Positions 1-9,806 of a DNA stretch of 51,403 bases are shown in pieces. This DNA is from Candidatus Saccharimonadia bacterium (lineage in GTDB: Bacteria; Patescibacteriota; Saccharimonadia; UBA4664; JBIOIQ01). The stretch covers positions 1 through 51,403 of the forward strand of contig JBIOIQ010000006.1 of NCBI GenBank assembly GCA_044449985.1, given 5' to 3'. Numbering within the stretch: the first letter of the stretch is position 1; each line of letters begins with the position of its first letter. A program made the translations under genes and the position numbers. Under the pieces are notes generated by a model. It made no database searches and was not told the DNA's origin. It was given only the letters and a program-made list of their open reading frames with translations.

Positions 1-1
1 A

Positions 2-451
2 AACGGATACTGGTTGCTTGCGGCTGACGGCGGCATCTTCACCTTCGGAGATGCAACATTCCATGGGTCAACCGGGAATATTCGCTTGAACGCTCCGATT
101 GTCGGAATGGCGGCAACCCCGTCCGGAAACGGTTACTGGTTGGTTGCGGCTGACGGCGGCATTTTCTCTTTCGGTGACGCGGCATTTCACGGCTCCACTG
201 GAAACTTGAGGCTCCGTGCTCCGATTGTCGGAATGGCGGCAACCCCGTCCGGAAACGGTTACTGGTTGGTTGCGGCTGACGGCGGCATTTTCTCTTTCAA
301 TGCGCCCTTCTTTGGGTCAGGCGTTGGGTTACTCCACTTTGGTTGGGTCACTTCGTTTGTGACCACTTCAACGGGTGAGGGCTACTTGATCGCAAGCTCA
401 GCCGGAGAGATCTTCAACTTCGGAGACGCAACATTCCTGGGTGTGGCCTAA
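2..451 (+). CDS. 5'-truncated surface protein with 42-aa GYWLVAADGGIFSFGDA repeats (Acidimicrobiia-type, probably beta-propeller-like)
   Basis: Frame is open from base 2 (NGYWLLAADGG...). It has three clear repeat units plus a degenerate fourth, and stops at TAA 449-451. GC is about 57% over the first 180 nt (hand count). Confidence 0.8.
   Translation, partial: NGYWLLAADGGIFTFGDATFHGSTGNIRLNAPIVGMAATPSGNGYWLVAADGGIFSFGDAAFHGSTGNLRLRAPIVGMAATPSGNGYWLVAADGGIFSFNAPFFGSGVGLLHFGWVTSFVTTSTGEGYLIASSAGEIFNFGDATFLGVA
92..298 (+). repeat. Exact 81-bp direct repeat (92-172 and 218-298), 126-bp period, inside the CDS
   Basis: gctccgattgtcggaatggcgg...attttctctttc occurs twice identically. Confidence 0.9.
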
Positions 452-468
452 AGGCATCCAAAGTATTA

Positions 469-504
469 CTCTCAGGAGAGCGCGCATGCGCGCTCTCCTG
501 AGAG
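469..504. repeat. Perfect 36-bp palindrome with no spacer
   Basis: CTCTCAGGAGAGCGCGCA|TGCGCGCTCTCCTGAGAG is its own reverse complement. Confidence 0.9.
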
Positions 505-525
505 ACTATTAACACTTATTTATAA

Positions 526-546
526 CGGCGCGAAAGCGTTTTTTTA
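526..546 (+). terminator. Probable intrinsic terminator
   Basis: GGCGC-GAAA-GCGTT hairpin followed by a T run. Confidence 0.5.
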
Positions 547-628
547 TTTCACAAAGTCTTGTCTTCATATACATGTTCAACTAATATGAAAGCATAACAA
601 GAATGGTGGGGTCGCCAATTAATAGCTG

Positions 629-3600
629 ATGACTTGGCGTAACAACAGGTTGAATATTCAAAGTTTTAGAAACGGTTATTTTAGGCTATTGATAGTTATT
701 ATCCTGGCGGGTTTGGGAATAGTATTCGGTTTTAAAAATATTTCCGGTGCTTTAGCGGTTAGCGTCAATAGCCCCAATCAAATACCAAATAACGAAAGAG
801 TTTCTATTTCCGCCTATGATAATCCGTTTAATCCGGCCAGTGGTTGTCAGCCTTTCAATGGCAACAGGGAGTACGATACCGTCCCGTGGGTTTCACTCCA
901 ATCTGATGCAACTCAAGATGCTTCCCCTCCCGTTGGTTACACTGTTCCCACCGGAACTACCAGTGTCCCACTTCAAGTTAATGATATGGTTTTTGCATGC
1001 TGGCGAATTTCTAACCAGCCTCCATTCGGAGCTGTTTATCCTGGTTTGCCCAGAGACACAAATGTCATCAACCGTTCTTTAACCCAACAAATTGCGAATG
1101 TTGCATCCGTTACTGCAGATGTAGGAACGATTTCAGGACTTGCGCCGCAGTACACCCCTGGATCAACTATCACAATCCCTCAAAATTTACCAACGAGTTA
1201 TTGGTTCGGAAACCAATCCATACCATTTACCTGGAATGCTCCGAGCGCCTTTGCTCCGGGATCTAGCGTAACGGTGAATATCACTGTACAACTTGTCGGG
1301 GCGAACGTTTTTCACGGAAGTCAGTGGCAATGTTTGGTGCCTTCCGGATTGATAACTTCATCCAGCAACTGGATGCATGATTGTATTACGGGCTCAATCA
1401 CATTCCAAATGTTATTTGTGACTCCCGGAAACAATGCCAGTTGTGGAGTGCCTGTAACTTCCGCATCGATCGTGACTGCCGGTCAATCGTTTACGGCAAC
1501 AGTTCCGATTATTAACAACAGCTCATCAAATTGGCCAAACTCAGGGGTCAATCAATATCGAATGGCGAACGTGTCGACTGATCCGGCAATTCATTCATTT
1601 AATATAACGGCTCCGCCCGCGGCAAATCCTGGGCCATATTCTTTGCCGGGCAATCCTCAGCGTTTCAATTTGCCTGCCCCAGTTCCAATAGGTGCAACTG
1701 CCACCATTACGTATACTATAAACGCACCTGCTACGGCCGGGCTCCATACATATTATTTTGAAATGTTCCAAGAAAACGGTGCGGGGCTGGTATCTCCGGC
1801 GTGCCCAGTTAATATCAATGTTGGCATACCAATCAGTACACCCAATGTACCCCATCGGATTTATGCTGCGAATGTGCTTTCAATTATTCCGCAGCAACTT
1901 CGCGATAGCTTTCAATTTGTGACTAATTTAGTTGCTTATATGTGGCCGGATGCCGGACTTCGCTCACGTGGAGATAATATCCGAAATTTATGGCTGGCCG
2001 GAGTTTGGGGGTACAACGCTCCAGGCGGAGCCGACAATGGCGGAGGACTTAGCACTAATACCGATTTAAATATTATGAATTTGATGAATACTGGTGCCGA
2101 AGCCAACTGCCCTGCTCCAAATGTGCCCGGAGACCAGCGCACTTGTGTTGATCGCTTGCCCCTCGCCTATGTACCCGATCTTGTCGTTGACACTTTTCCG
2201 GCTACGGTCCAGACTCCGAATGGAAATAACTGGCTTTCCATCCGAGATGGAGATTTAGGTACAAACGGTGCTCGGGGTGTGGCAGATAATACGATTCATA
2301 CAACGTGTGGCGCAAATGCAGGATTTTCTAACGCTTGCGGTGGATTTTGGTCAAATTTGGTCGGCCGATATTCTTGCGTACATACACCACTTGATTATCA
2401 GGGGAGGACTACAACTTCCTGGCCGTGTCCATCAATCATGTATCCGGGCAATTACATTAACAATGCTGAAATTTCAAATATACATGTTGGGGCGACAAAT
2501 ATTACATCGATTGACCCGACAAATACCAGTTGGCAAGGAAAGCTGACCAATATTTCGAACCCACAGGCTTCGGTGTTGCAGCCCGATGCGCATTTGGCAG
2601 CGGGAAATGTTGGACAAGGGCCGGTTTCCGGCGGCCCAGCAAATGATGGTGCAGGAGTGCTCGATAATATTAAGAATGTTTCGAGCGTTAGTGTCGTTGC
2701 GAGTGCGGGTGAGTCATTGAATGTTGCCAGTTCGCCGGCAAATCCGGGCGCACCTGTCTCTTTGCCTAATTTTATCGCACCACCTTTCGTCAGTGATCCG
2801 AGCGACGTCCAGGGAACCGCCGATATTACCACCGTATCAAGTATGGTATCCGGTGTTCAGTTTGGCTCACTTCAGGCAGTCAGTCACCTACAGGATGGTC
2901 TCGGTAATGGATATCCTTCACAGACCGAAGAATTATCTTATACAGGCTCAATTAGATCGGCAGCGATTACTCTAAATTGGGATGAATATGTCGACTGGAG
3001 TCAAATCGACGATAAGGGTCATTGGGCGACGACTCGTGCAAGTGGTATTGTGACGGGAATTAATGAAGGTGCGCCAGCAACCTACGTTTATACGCCTCAA
3101 AGTCTTGGCGGTAATACTGGAACTCATCTGGTATCCACGGGTCTACCTGTTGGGTGTGGAGCTCCGGGACACCCAGCCTGTGGGCAGATGTCAGTTTGTA
3201 ACGTTGGTCCGAGTTCAATTTCGGTACTTTCGACAACATTTAATGGGCTAAGTTATTCTCCGAGCGACATAGAAAGTAGATTTGGCTGGACAAACCCAAA
3301 TACAATCCCAGCTTTTGTTACAAATCCAAACTATAACGGAACAGGAATAAGTGATTTTGGGCCGGATCCAACAACTAATTCTGCTTGGGCAACTACGAAT
3401 CCACAACTGCCGATGTGGCAAGATCCAAATATGACCACCATGGATGATAGTTCTTCGTCTTATCCGCTCAATCCAGCTGCGCTTCAACATTGGACATATA
3501 ATTCAACTGATTCGGTTTACACCAATCGCAACATCTACGGGGGAGCAGTTGTGCCGTCTTTTCCAACGGCATATTCAATGGTCGCGGGCGGATCGGGCTG

Positions 3601-4903
3601 TGGTTCAGTCGTTTTTGGCCCCCCTCAAAATCTAACCTATTATCCAGGTGCAACCCAGATTCACGAAGATGGTTCGACTCATGCAGATTTCGGAACGAAT
3701 GGACTTAATCCGGCCACCGGTACTTGTTATGACGGGGCTTGTGATGATCAGGTAGATATAGGCTGGACTTGGGTGAGTGATCTGCAACGGGTTCACTACC
3801 AAAATTCTTGGAAGGATCACACAAGAAACTTAGGTAATCGCGCGGTCGCTCCCGATGTAGGTGCGGTTCCAACCGCCGAATGTAGCTCTGGTTTCGGATC
3901 CCCGAACTATGATTTGTACTTTTTAGGAATTGCAGATACTACTAGTAACTGTTTGAGGCCCGGAAGAGCTGTTGGAACCATCTATAATCCAACATTAAGT
4001 ACCCAAAGCCAAGATGTTTTAGGAGTAGCAGGAATTAGTGGGTACTTTAATGGATCATCAGCCGGATCGGCGTTCCTGTATAGTCAATGTGGGATTATAA
4101 GTAGCTTTGGCAGTGGCGGACAATATCCTCTGTATTACAACAATCCAGCAAGCGATACGACTTACCAAAACGCGGCCACGAATCTTAACCCGACCTGTAA
4201 TGCGATAACTTCGCCAACTGGTAACCCTGCTGTTGATCCAATCCATCACGTGTTTGGTGGAAGCTTTGATTCCGACATATTAGGTATAGCTGCACAGTCA
4301 AATATTGTGTCTCCTCCGACTAACTTGAACGGAAAAATTTATCGAACTGGAAGTGGTGCTACGCTTCAGACCGGTCACGATCTGATAATCAACAGCGATC
4401 CAGTATTCTGCAATGGGTCGGGCACCATTGTTGTTGAAGGTAATCTCTACATCAACAGCAATATTAGCTATTGTCCTGGCTCCGCAAATAAATCAAATAC
4501 TCCTTCGGTTGGATTCATTGTAAATGGCAATATCATCATTGGACCTGCTGCAAGTCCAGATACGGTCAATAATATAGTTGGAGCATATTTTGCAACTGGC
4601 CAATTTCAAACTTTAACAACGGTAATTCCTGGCAATTTTACAACTAGTGATCCGGTTACGGCCTTTAATACGAATCAAAGCTGCACCTCGGTTCACGCAG
4701 CATCTTTAAATGTCTGTGGATTGATAGTCGCCGATAATTTCGATCTTGAAAGACAGCCAAGTGGGGTTGACTTGGCAGCCGGAAGTTTGCCCGAACAATT
4801 TATCTATGATGGACGCGTAGTTGTGAATCCACCTCCAGGGTTTAATAACATCTTAACTGCATCAGCTGTTTGGAATGAAGGAGTACCTTACACGACACCA
4901 TAA
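629..4903 (+). CDS. Large Cys-rich pilus-associated surface protein/adhesin with an NBR1-like Ig domain and a CPR-type C-terminal beta-solenoid-like domain
   Basis: N-terminal TM/signal. The segment AGQSFTATVPIINN...APATAGLHTYYFEMFQENG resembles an NBR1-Ig domain. The C-terminal GTIVVEGNLYINSNI...GFIVNGNIII...PEQFIYD...PPPGF pattern is typical of CPR pilus-locus proteins. It lies directly upstream of pilN. Confidence 0.65.
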   Translation: MTWRNNRLNIQSFRNGYFRLLIVIILAGLGIVFGFKNISGALAVSVNSPNQIPNNERVSISAYDNPFNPASGCQPFNGNREYDTVPWVSLQSDATQDASPPVGYTVPTGTTSVPLQVNDMVFACWRISNQPPFGAVYPGLPRDTNVINRSLTQQIANVASVTADVGTISGLAPQYTPGSTITIPQNLPTSYWFGNQSIPFTWNAPSAFAPGSSVTVNITVQLVGANVFHGSQWQCLVPSGLITSSSNWMHDCITGSITFQMLFVTPGNNASCGVPVTSASIVTAGQSFTATVPIINNSSSNWPNSGVNQYRMANVSTDPAIHSFNITAPPAANPGPYSLPGNPQRFNLPAPVPIGATATITYTINAPATAGLHTYYFEMFQENGAGLVSPACPVNINVGIPISTPNVPHRIYAANVLSIIPQQLRDSFQFVTNLVAYMWPDAGLRSRGDNIRNLWLAGVWGYNAPGGADNGGGLSTNTDLNIMNLMNTGAEANCPAPNVPGDQRTCVDRLPLAYVPDLVVDTFPATVQTPNGNNWLSIRDGDLGTNGARGVADNTIHTTCGANAGFSNACGGFWSNLVGRYSCVHTPLDYQGRTTTSWPCPSIMYPGNYINNAEISNIHVGATNITSIDPTNTSWQGKLTNISNPQASVLQPDAHLAAGNVGQGPVSGGPANDGAGVLDNIKNVSSVSVVASAGESLNVASSPANPGAPVSLPNFIAPPFVSDPSDVQGTADITTVSSMVSGVQFGSLQAVSHLQDGLGNGYPSQTEELSYTGSIRSAAITLNWDEYVDWSQIDDKGHWATTRASGIVTGINEGAPATYVYTPQSLGGNTGTHLVSTGLPVGCGAPGHPACGQMSVCNVGPSSISVLSTTFNGLSYSPSDIESRFGWTNPNTIPAFVTNPNYNGTGISDFGPDPTTNSAWATTNPQLPMWQDPNMTTMDDSSSSYPLNPAALQHWTYNSTDSVYTNRNIYGGAVVPSFPTAYSMVAGGSGCGSVVFGPPQNLTYYPGATQIHEDGSTHADFGTNGLNPATGTCYDGACDDQVDIGWTWVSDLQRVHYQNSWKDHTRNLGNRAVAPDVGAVPTAECSSGFGSPNYDLYFLGIADTTSNCLRPGRAVGTIYNPTLSTQSQDVLGVAGISGYFNGSSAGSAFLYSQCGIISSFGSGGQYPLYYNNPASDTTYQNAATNLNPTCNAITSPTGNPAVDPIHHVFGGSFDSDILGIAAQSNIVSPPTNLNGKIYRTGSGATLQTGHDLIINSDPVFCNGSGTIVVEGNLYINSNISYCPGSANKSNTPSVGFIVNGNIIIGPAASPDTVNNIVGAYFATGQFQTLTTVIPGNFTTSDPVTAFNTNQSCTSVHAASLNVCGLIVADNFDLERQPSGVDLAAGSLPEQFIYDGRVVVNPPPGFNNILTASAVWNEGVPYTTP

Positions 4904-5018
4904 CAGGTCAACTATTTGTAAATGAAAAGTCTAAAAGAGGTGAGCCATGTTAATAACTCAAAGTGCAAAGAATACCTTGTTAAACATAAGCGTGATAGTG
5001 TATTCTTAGGTTAAGCTA

Positions 5019-5594
5019 GTGGTAACGATTAATCTACTTCCTAATTTAGTTCTCGACCGAAGACGCCAAGCTCGAATAATGCGGATGGCGACTTTTGCAT
5101 TAGTCGGATGGGTCAGCCTTGCAGTTATTATTGTTTTGCTCGCCTTATCGTATAAGGCATATGAATCTCACCAAGTTACTACTCTGCAAAATCAGTATTC
5201 GAGTTTAAATAGCGACGTCAACTCTACAGACAATATTTCATTCCGAGCGACTGCAGTGGCTGTCCAAACCAGCCTAAAAGCCCTTGATCAGTTGCAGTCA
5301 TCTTATCTAGATCCTCGAGATGTTCTTAATACGGTAAGTCGGTTACTACCTAAGGGGGTAATATTAACCAACATCAAAATTTCTCCGACCCAGAATGTAG
5401 TCATTTCAGGTAAGGCTAATAGCATTCCCGAAGCGATTAAACTTTACTATGCAATCACCCAAAGCCAGACTAACAACAATAATGGCTCACTGGCTTACTT
5501 TACCGGCGTAACCTGGAGCGGAATTAGTTCGGATGGCGGTAACGCTATACCAATTACAGTTTCAGGTAACTATAAGGCGGGGTCAGGACAATGA
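5019..5594 (+). CDS. pilN: Type IV pilus assembly protein PilN-like
   Basis: N-terminal INLLP motif, TM helix, coiled coil, LPKGVILTNI...VVISGKA. Confidence 0.85.
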   Translation: MVTINLLPNLVLDRRRQARIMRMATFALVGWVSLAVIIVLLALSYKAYESHQVTTLQNQYSSLNSDVNSTDNISFRATAVAVQTSLKALDQLQSSYLDPRDVLNTVSRLLPKGVILTNIKISPTQNVVISGKANSIPEAIKLYYAITQSQTNNNNGSLAYFTGVTWSGISSDGGNAIPITVSGNYKAGSGQ

Positions 5595-6175
5595 AGATGC
5601 CCAAAACAAACAACAACCTGTGGGCGTACTTAATTGTTGCTGTAATCGTCGGCGTAGGAGCTTATTTTATTGCGAAACCACTTTATGATGGCGCTCAGAG
5701 CCAAAAAACACTAGCAGCTTCAATCCAAGTCAATATTAATGCTTTAAAAATCCTCAAAACCGAAACTGAAACGTTGCGAACTAACTTTGCAACGGTATCA
5801 AAAGATCAAACAAGAATCCTGCAAGCATTACCTGAGAAATCCCAAGAAGAATTATTACTTCCACAAATGATAAATATTGCATCTTCGACAGGTGTTGGGC
5901 TAAGCGGATTGACAATTGCGCCGGTTGAACAAGGCATCGTCGTTGCAGCAACTCCGGGTAATAATATTCCAGTTGGACTCCTAGCATATCCCTTTACCTT
6001 TACAATTACAGGTAATTATTCGAATCTAAACAATTTCTTTGGTGCTTTGAAACTAAGCGCACGTTACGTTGACGTACAGAGTATAGATTTGTCGTCTGAA
6101 AACAATAATCCTAACAATTTATCAATGAAGGTAATATTAAACGCGTATTATCAGTCAAACGGAGGCACTAACTAA
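5591..6175 (+). CDS. pilO: Type IV pilus assembly protein PilO-like
   Basis: TM, coiled coil, ALP motif, ITGNYSNLNNFF...RYVDV; overlaps the pilN stop. Confidence 0.85.
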   Translation: MKMPKTNNNLWAYLIVAVIVGVGAYFIAKPLYDGAQSQKTLAASIQVNINALKILKTETETLRTNFATVSKDQTRILQALPEKSQEELLLPQMINIASSTGVGLSGLTIAPVEQGIVVAATPGNNIPVGLLAYPFTFTITGNYSNLNNFFGALKLSARYVDVQSIDLSSENNNPNNLSMKVILNAYYQSNGGTN

Positions 6176-6432
6176 TGGCTACAGTGCAAAAAACTGAATT
6201 GCAGCGTCAAATTCCTCAGATTATTACGTTAGTAGTAATAGTACTTATTATTATCGTTTTGCTCATTGGAAATCCATTTAAACAACACACAAAAGTTAAA
6301 ACTGTTGCCCCAGCAACACTAGATACAAGTTTTGATTTGAATGCGCTTCCTGCACTTGAGCTTAGAAGCACTAGCTACCCGGTAATTGTGCCAGATGATC
6401 TCGGTGGTCGAGCTAACCCCTTCGCGCCGTAG
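6175..6432 (+). CDS. Small membrane protein at the PilP position (truncated PilP-like)
   Basis: Single TM and C-terminal GRANPFAP resembling the PilP RxPF motif; lies between pilO and pilC. Confidence 0.55.
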   Translation: MATVQKTELQRQIPQIITLVVIVLIIIVLLIGNPFKQHTKVKTVAPATLDTSFDLNALPALELRSTSYPVIVPDDLGGRANPFAP

Positions 6433-6435
6433 CTT

Positions 6436-7650
6436 ATGCAGCAATTTACCTACCGAGCTAAAGATGAAAAGGGTGTAAATATTTCTGCTCAGGTTGAAGC
6501 AGGGAGTGTTGGTGACGCCGCAAAATTGTTAATAGCCCGAAAATTGTTTCCGTTGAGCATTGAGCCATATAAGGCTAATATATTTAATGGTGGATCACTC
6601 GAAAAACTGCAAAGGGTCACTTCGAAAGACAAAGTTCTTTTTACACGACAATTGGCAACTCTTGTGAAGGCGGGACTTCCTTTAGGAAGAGCTTTGACAA
6701 TACTCCGAGATCAGACCAATAATCCTAAACTTCAGAAAGTTGTGGTAGAAATTAGCGGCAGTATCGAAGGTGGAAGCAGTTTATCCGATGCTTTGAAGAA
6801 ATATCCAAAATATTTTAACAATATATATATAAGTATGGTTCAAGCTGGTGAAGCAAGTGGTAGTCTAGACGATACATTAACACAGCTTGCAGCCCAAGAA
6901 GAGAAAACTGCCGCAGTCAATTCCAAGATAAGAGGTGCATTTACTTATCCTATAGTGGTTCTATCGGTCCTTATTATCGTGGCCGTTCTTATGATTACTC
7001 TAGTTTTACCTCAAGTTGGGAAAATGTATACTGATCTGAAAAAGCCACTCCCATTTCTGACTGCGATACTTCTGGGAACTGCAAATTTGATGATTACCTA
7101 TTGGTATGTGGCGATTTTGTTGCTCATTGGATTAATTGTTGGTGGGGGAGTATATCTTCGGTCCCAAAGTGGAAGGCGAAAATTGGATACTACCAAACTT
7201 AATCTACCTCTCTTTGGTCCACTTATACGGAAACTTTACATGGCTCGACTGGCAAGAACGCTTGGGTCGTTGATTGCTTCGGGAGTTTCCGTGCAAGAGG
7301 CGCTGCTAATATCTTCACGTTCTATGAATAATGTTCTACTCGAAGAAGCACTTCTTAAAATTACCGATAAGGTAAAATCTGGGACGGCTTTATCGACGCT
7401 GGTAGGAGATAATCCCCTGTTCTTACCCTTAGTGGGACAAATGCTAGCAGTGGGTGAGGAAACAGGCACCATTGGCGATAGCCTAAATAAGCTTGCACAG
7501 TATTATGAGGATGAAGTCGATGAAGCCGTCAATAATATATCGACACTTATTGAGCCGGCGACGATGGTTGTTCTCGGAGGGATGGTAGCATTTTTAATTG
7601 CAGCAGTGCTACTTCCGATTTATGGTCTTGTTTCTGTTGTTGGCAATTAA
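6436..7650 (+). CDS. pilC: Type IV pilus platform protein PilC (T2SS F family)
   Basis: FTRQLATLVKAGLPL, AGEASGSL, GAFTYP, VGEETG, LIEP motifs. Confidence 0.95.
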   Translation: MQQFTYRAKDEKGVNISAQVEAGSVGDAAKLLIARKLFPLSIEPYKANIFNGGSLEKLQRVTSKDKVLFTRQLATLVKAGLPLGRALTILRDQTNNPKLQKVVVEISGSIEGGSSLSDALKKYPKYFNNIYISMVQAGEASGSLDDTLTQLAAQEEKTAAVNSKIRGAFTYPIVVLSVLIIVAVLMITLVLPQVGKMYTDLKKPLPFLTAILLGTANLMITYWYVAILLLIGLIVGGGVYLRSQSGRRKLDTTKLNLPLFGPLIRKLYMARLARTLGSLIASGVSVQEALLISSRSMNNVLLEEALLKITDKVKSGTALSTLVGDNPLFLPLVGQMLAVGEETGTIGDSLNKLAQYYEDEVDEAVNNISTLIEPATMVVLGGMVAFLIAAVLLPIYGLVSVVGN

Positions 7651-7694
7651 GATTTCTTGCGTTTGATTGTTGAAATTACGAAATTAAGATAAAG

Positions 7695-7723
7695 TTGACA
7701 ACAAACTCCAATAGCATTATCTT
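7695..7723 (+). promoter_or_regulatory. Sigma70-type promoter for the major pilin
   Basis: TTGACA-17 nt-TATCTT upstream of the ATG at 7761. Confidence 0.6.
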
Positions 7724-7760
7724 TAACCATAAGAAGTAATTAATTCTAGGGTGAGCACTA

Positions 7761-8291
7761 ATGACTGAAATCACATTAAATAAACAAAGAAGCGGTTTTA
7801 CGCTTATTGAACTTGTTATCGTTTTGGCAATCGCAGCCCTAATTATTTTAGTGGTTCTTGAAGCCGTCGGCGCAGCGCAGCGTTCACAGAGGGATTCAGC
7901 GAGAAAGAATGAAGCCGGTCGCTTCGTCTCTTTACTTGAGCAATATGCTTCAAATAATGGTGGGAATTATCCAACAGTTGCGTCTGGTCTCTGGGGTGCT
8001 CCAGTTGGTGCAGCATTGACTGCTGCTCTTAGCACATACGACGCAAATCTATCTGCAAAATATTCGGTTGATCAGGTTGGCGCTACGGTAATTCTTGATC
8101 CTGGTTATGTTACAGCCGCAAGTGCGGGTTGGGCGACAGCAGGTTGTGCAACCGGAGCGGGTGCAACTCACCCAACCGACGACGTCTTGATCTATCGGCC
8201 ACAAACGATCTCTTCGCTGACGGACCGTGACTATGATTTGGCAGTTTGTCTTGAGAGTGGTGGGAATGATATGGTACATCCTTCAAACTAG
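7761..8291 (+). CDS. Type IV pilin, probably the major pilin
   Basis: Class III signal G|FTLIEL and a C-terminal Cys pair; has its own promoter and terminator. Confidence 0.9.
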   Translation: MTEITLNKQRSGFTLIELVIVLAIAALIILVVLEAVGAAQRSQRDSARKNEAGRFVSLLEQYASNNGGNYPTVASGLWGAPVGAALTAALSTYDANLSAKYSVDQVGATVILDPGYVTAASAGWATAGCATGAGATHPTDDVLIYRPQTISSLTDRDYDLAVCLESGGNDMVHPSN

Positions 8292-8306
8292 CTCACAAAT
8301 GTGTTG

Positions 8307-8337
8307 AAAAAACAGGAGCGAGAGCTCCTGTTTTTTT
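8307..8337 (+). terminator. Intrinsic terminator (bidirectional-type)
   Basis: AAAAAACAGGAGC-GAGA-GCTCCTGTTTTTTT. Confidence 0.85.
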
Positions 8338-8463
8338 AGTTAAATATTGTTGAATATCCAAAATGTAAATAAGTGCCGTATCTGTTGGGACAATTATTCA
8401 TTAGCTATTAGATGAAACTGAATGTATTTATTAGGAAAATTTGATATTATTACCATAAGGATT

Positions 8464-9201
8464 ATGACAAGTTGGAGTCAGTTTAAAAATATCAATTCAC
8501 GCGGCTTCACTCTCGTCGAAGTCTCGATAACACTTGCTATTATGATGTTAATCACAGGTTTTGTCGTCGCAGGTGCTACCACAAATATTCGCACTCAAAG
8601 ATTTAGCGAACAAGTCAAAACGTTTGCCAATCTATTTAGCTCTTCCCAGACAACCTCTTATGCAAATAAATTAACAACCAACGGAATTTCCTGTCCTTTG
8701 GCAGGCCAGTCGCCAATCAATAGTTCAAGTAGTTCAGATATTACTACTGCAGTTGGACCTGACGTATGTTTTTGGAGAGGAAATGTCTTGGATTTTACGT
8801 TAAATGGTGGAACGAACAATCCCTACACGATGAGTCTGCTCTATGGAAGTGATATTTCGCAAGCTAGTGCAAACCTTAGCCAACAGGACGGCATTCTCGG
8901 TCAGTTAGCCCCATTAAATAGTTATAATACAAATTCCAATGGACTTGATTTGACGATTAATTATGACTCTGCAAATCCGTCTTGTGGGAGCTCGAATTCT
9001 CCTGTTTGGGTCCCAACTTCTTCATTGTCTGTTGCATTTTTAGCCCCAGACGGCAGTGCTTGGACTGCTACGCCAGGCAACTACGCTTATGTAAATCGGT
9101 ATCCTCTCCAGTTTATCTTAACTGACTCTGGGGTCGCCGGCCTGACTGGAACAGTGACAGTAACTCCCTGCACCGGAAGTATAATTCAGGTAGTGAAATA
9201 A
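8464..9201 (+). CDS. Minor pilin (FimU/GspH-like)
   Basis: G|FTLVEV prepilin motif; ATG 8464 preferred over 8422. Confidence 0.8.
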   Translation: MTSWSQFKNINSRGFTLVEVSITLAIMMLITGFVVAGATTNIRTQRFSEQVKTFANLFSSSQTTSYANKLTTNGISCPLAGQSPINSSSSSDITTAVGPDVCFWRGNVLDFTLNGGTNNPYTMSLLYGSDISQASANLSQQDGILGQLAPLNSYNTNSNGLDLTINYDSANPSCGSSNSPVWVPTSSLSVAFLAPDGSAWTATPGNYAYVNRYPLQFILTDSGVAGLTGTVTVTPCTGSIIQVVK

Positions 9202-9202
9202 T

Positions 9203-9805
9203 ATGGGTATGTTAAGAAGATTTAGTAAACTTGAAAAAGGACAGACCCTGATTGACGTAATAATTGCAATGGCCTTATTAAGCTCGACGGTTGCATCCGC
9301 GGGAGCCATTTCAACTTTATCATCTAGGGTAGGAGATGAAGCCGGCCGGAGAAGCCAGGCCATGGCGCTCGCCGAACGAGATTTGGAGGGACTAAGGGAA
9401 TATCGGGCCGAGGTAATGCTAACGCCGGGGAAAACCTGGGCGGATGTTTTTACTAATGCGGTTGATTCAAGCGGTAATCCATGTACATCTAACTTTGTCA
9501 TGCAGGTAGATGCTACAGGATGGAAGCCGGCACTTTGTGGACTTGGCCATGTTAGCACTTTCGCTAATGCTGAAGCATCCGCCGTGAGCTATAGCGGAGT
9601 TAATATACTTGATACGATCGATCCAAGTATCGCGGTCAATTATCAGGCGTTTTCACGACTGGACATTGTCCAACAGAATGTTAATCCTGCGACCGGAGTT
9701 ACTGATCCGAATTCCGAAATAGTTGAAGTAATTGTTGTTTGGAACGAAGGTAATGGTATGAGATCGGTTCAACTTAATACTGTATTAGCGAATTGGCGAC
9801 AATGA
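9203..9805 (+). CDS. Minor pilin (PilV-like)
   Basis: G|QTLIDV motif (Asp at +5) and C-terminal VEVIVVW. Confidence 0.75.
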   Translation: MGMLRRFSKLEKGQTLIDVIIAMALLSSTVASAGAISTLSSRVGDEAGRRSQAMALAERDLEGLREYRAEVMLTPGKTWADVFTNAVDSSGNPCTSNFVMQVDATGWKPALCGLGHVSTFANAEASAVSYSGVNILDTIDPSIAVNYQAFSRLDIVQQNVNPATGVTDPNSEIVEVIVVWNEGNGMRSVQLNTVLANWRQ

Positions 9806-9806
9806 G

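Noticed and set aside
92-298. CRISPR-like or non-coding direct repeat
   Set aside because: The 126-bp period is in frame and explained by the 42-aa protein repeat.
9118-9558. 146-aa antisense ORF, and similar shadow ORFs such as 2452-2832, 13101-13442, 27217-27612 and 43431-43832
   Set aside because: They overlap well-supported genes on the opposite strand and show no recognisable motifs.
9203-9805. Asp instead of Glu at pilin position +5 as a sign of a pseudogene
   Set aside because: The ORF is intact and coupled to its neighbours, and the conservative change is plausible in a minor pilin.
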